A stretch of DNA of 20,000 nt from an uncultured virus (IMG/VR IMGVR_UViG_3300021599_002865). Lineage: Duplodnaviria > Heunggongvirae > Uroviricota > Caudoviricetes. Shown one piece after another: positions 18,359 through 20,000 of this stretch (its first letter is position 1; each line of letters begins with the position of its first letter). Both the position numbers and the translations under genes were made by a program. Location: IMG/VR virus record IMGVR_UViG_3300021599_002865; one strand, given 5' to 3'. The notes under the pieces are model-generated. The model saw only the letters and a list, made by a program, of their open reading frames with translations, ran no database searches and was not told where the DNA came from.

Positions 18359-19029
18359 GTATAGAAAATTTTATATGGGAACCTAAATGTTACGATGGTT
18401 TTAGAGAAACTGTGGAACAAGAAATATTTGTTGACAGGATTTACGAAAGATTTTTTGAGGTTGAAGAGGGCGATATTGTTTTCGATATTGGGGCTAGTTT
18501 AGGTCCTTTCACATATTCAATATTATCAAAGAATCCTTCTCACGTATTTGCTTTTGAGCCTAGTTTTGAAGAATTCAAAACTTTGTTATTAAATACAAGA
18601 CACGGAAATGTAACCGCAATAAATAAAGGTATTTCGAGTTCAATAGGTGAATTTAATTTCACTGATGTTTTTGATTTGACTGGTGGTTATAAACTATATT
18701 CAACAACATTCTCAAAGGTAATTGAGGATTATAATATTAAAAAAATTGACTTTCTTAAAACTGATTGTGAATCAGGCGAATATGATATATTCACAATTGA
18801 AAATTTGTTTTGGATAAAAAATAATGTCAGAAAAATTGTTGGTGAGTGGCACCTTGGCCAGCCTTGGATGAAAGAAAAATTCAGAATTTTTAGAGATGTG
18901 TATTTGAGGGTTTTTCCTAACTTTAAAGTAATTTCTTTTGATGGAATTGATATAACTTGGCAAATATGGAATGATAATTTTATCCCTTATTATAACGAAG
19001 TAATGATTTATATTGACAATAGTAAATAA
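18355..19029 (+). CDS. FkbM-family SAM-dependent methyltransferase (224 aa)
   Basis: Motifs VFDIGASLGPF, VFAFEP, IDFLKTDCESGEY and IVGEWH are present. The start is moved from 18298 to the ATG at 18355, which forms an ATGA overlap with the upstream stop. Confidence 0.88.
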   Translation: MSIENFIWEPKCYDGFRETVEQEIFVDRIYERFFEVEEGDIVFDIGASLGPFTYSILSKNPSHVFAFEPSFEEFKTLLLNTRHGNVTAINKGISSSIGEFNFTDVFDLTGGYKLYSTTFSKVIEDYNIKKIDFLKTDCESGEYDIFTIENLFWIKNNVRKIVGEWHLGQPWMKEKFRIFRDVYLRVFPNFKVISFDGIDITWQIWNDNFIPYYNEVMIYIDNSK

Positions 19030-19072
19030 AAAAAACGCACCCATTTTATTGAGTGCGTTTTTGTATTTTTTT
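19028..19072. terminator. Bidirectional intrinsic terminator between convergent genes
   Basis: AAAAACGCAC (19031-19040) pairs with GTGCGTTTTT (19053-19062). The stem extends by CA/TG around a TTTTAT loop, with an A-run on the left and T-runs on the right. Confidence 0.85.
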
Positions 19073-19077
19073 ATTCC

Positions 19078-20000
19078 TTATACTATTGGACGATACTCGA
19101 GTAATACTTTTTCTACGTCTTTTCTCTCAGCATTTATCATAAAGAACGCGTCGATATGAGAACTTTGAGAGTCTATGAAGACTTTATTATCTTCAATTTT
19201 GACAACAAAGTGTGTATTAGAAACACCAATTGGTGTTAATGATACCGAAATCGATTCCTCTTTTACTAATCCTATCCAATAATGAGGTAATTCTATTACG
19301 TTTCCTTGAACTCTACCTCTGAAATAAACACCATGTTCAGGACCCTCCAACACACCATATCTTAATCTCCAACCTTCTTTTGTAGGGTGAGGAATATCGA
19401 ATGATTTAGAAGCCGCTGTTAATGCTCCTGTTATATTAGTGTCACCAGTCACTTTGAGTGTTGAACCATCAAACTGAAGGTTTTGTTCACCATTGATTGT
19501 TCCTGCGGTTCCTGTCGCAGTAAGGACATAGTCATTAACGTTGTTGTTGATTGTCCCGAGTCCAGAAGAACCTGATGTTCCACTTGTGCCAGAGGAACCT
19601 GATGTTCCACTAGTTCCCGAAGAACCTGATGTTCCGCTAGTTCCCGAAGAACCTGATGTTCCACTAGTTCCCGAGGAACCTGATGTTCCACTAGTTCCCG
19701 AAGAACCTGATGTTCCGCTAGTTCCCGAAGAACCTGATGTTCCACTAGTTCCCGAAGAACCTGATGAGCCTGATGTTCCACTTGTTCCAGATGAACCTGA
19801 TGTTCCGCTCGAACCTGACGTTCCACTTGTTCCAGAAGAACCTGATGTTCCGCTAGTTCCAGATGAACCTGAACTTCCAGATGAACCTGATGTTCCAGAT
19901 GTTCCATTTGTTCCAGAAGTTCCTGACGAACCACTTGAACCAGATGAGCCAGATGTTCCACTTGTTCCAGATGAGCCAGATGTTCCACTTGTTCCAGATG
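19078..20000 (-). CDS. Partial (3' part) tail-fibre-like protein: Gly-Ser/Thr repeats followed by a C-terminal phage fibre/chaperone-like domain
   Basis: The frame of the 124-aa track ORF stays open upstream to the window end: (SGSSGTSGT)n-SGSSGLGTINNNVNDYVLTATGTAGTINGEQNLQFDGSTLKVTGDTNITGALTAASKSFDIPHP...LEGPEHGVYFRG...IELPHYW. This C-terminal motif is familiar from phage fibre C-termini. Confidence 0.75.
   Translation of the reverse strand, partial: SGTSGTSGSSGTSGTSGSSGSSGSSGTSGTNGTSGTSGSSGSSGSSGTSGTSGSSGTSGTSGSSGTSGSSGTSGTSGSSGSSGTSGTSGSSGTSGTSGSSGTSGTSGSSGTSGTSGSSGTSGTSGSSGTSGTSGSSGTSGTSGSSGLGTINNNVNDYVLTATGTAGTINGEQNLQFDGSTLKVTGDTNITGALTAASKSFDIPHPTKEGWRLRYGVLEGPEHGVYFRGRVQGNVIELPHYWIGLVKEESISVSLTPIGVSNTHFVVKIEDNKVFIDSQSSHIDAFFMINAERKDVEKVLLEYRPIV
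19562..20000 (-). repeat. Coding 9/27-bp tandem repeat encoding G-S-S / G-T-S triplets
   Basis: Seven 27-bp units (consensus gaagaacctgatgttccactagttccc on +) lie at 19565-19753, followed by more degenerate units to the window end. Confidence 0.95.

Noticed and set aside
9779..19044. Short nested ORFs (9779, 10821, 12557, 13126, 14005, 15702, 16517, 16521, 18772)
   Set aside because: They are alternative-frame or antisense ORFs within long genes, with no independent support.
19565..19753. Possible CRISPR array (27-bp repeats)
   Set aside because: The units are directly adjacent with no unique spacers and are in-frame coding.
19449..19988. 179-aa ORF with EHQVLRELV repeats
   Set aside because: It is a shifted-frame shadow of the GSS/GTS repeat. 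The real frame is continuous with the fibre C-terminal domain.
1..20000. Stop-codon reassignment (no accepted gene ends in TAG)
   Set aside because: Genes tile the window under the standard code with no TAG-interrupted frames. Low TAG use is expected in AT-rich genomes.
4650..20000. Diversity-generating retroelement target/template repeats
   Set aside because: I saw no reverse transcriptase and no ~100-bp repeat pair differing only at adenines in this window.

Overview
This AT-rich, tightly packed window most likely comes from a large tailed dsDNA phage. A Bacteroidota host is inferred from a TTTG-N20-TAnnTTTG promoter, SprB-like repeats and the absence of clear Shine-Dalgarno sites. The left block (- strand) encodes a partial PD-(D/E)XK exonuclease, a DnaG-like primase, an unannotated 53-aa membrane protein, a hypothetical protein and a RuvC-like resolvase. 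The middle block (- strand) encodes a tail-collar/baseplate-like protein, three large Cys-rich proteins with long mucin-like Pro/Thr/Ser linkers and no signal peptide, and a 72-aa paralogous module. A + strand cassette follows: a 60-aa helical protein, a GT9-like transferase, a 1229-aa four-domain fusion (FkbM, GT-A, GT4, TibC/Aah-like protein O-heptosyltransferase) and a second FkbM methyltransferase. It ends at a bidirectional terminator. At the right end (- strand) lies the 3' part of a tail-fibre-like gene with Gly-X-Y (GSS/GTS) repeats. The main hypothesis is a phage-encoded protein O-glycosylation and O-methylation system that sits between its likely substrates, the Ser/Thr-rich virion proteins. 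All family assignments come from motif recognition by eye; no database searches were run.
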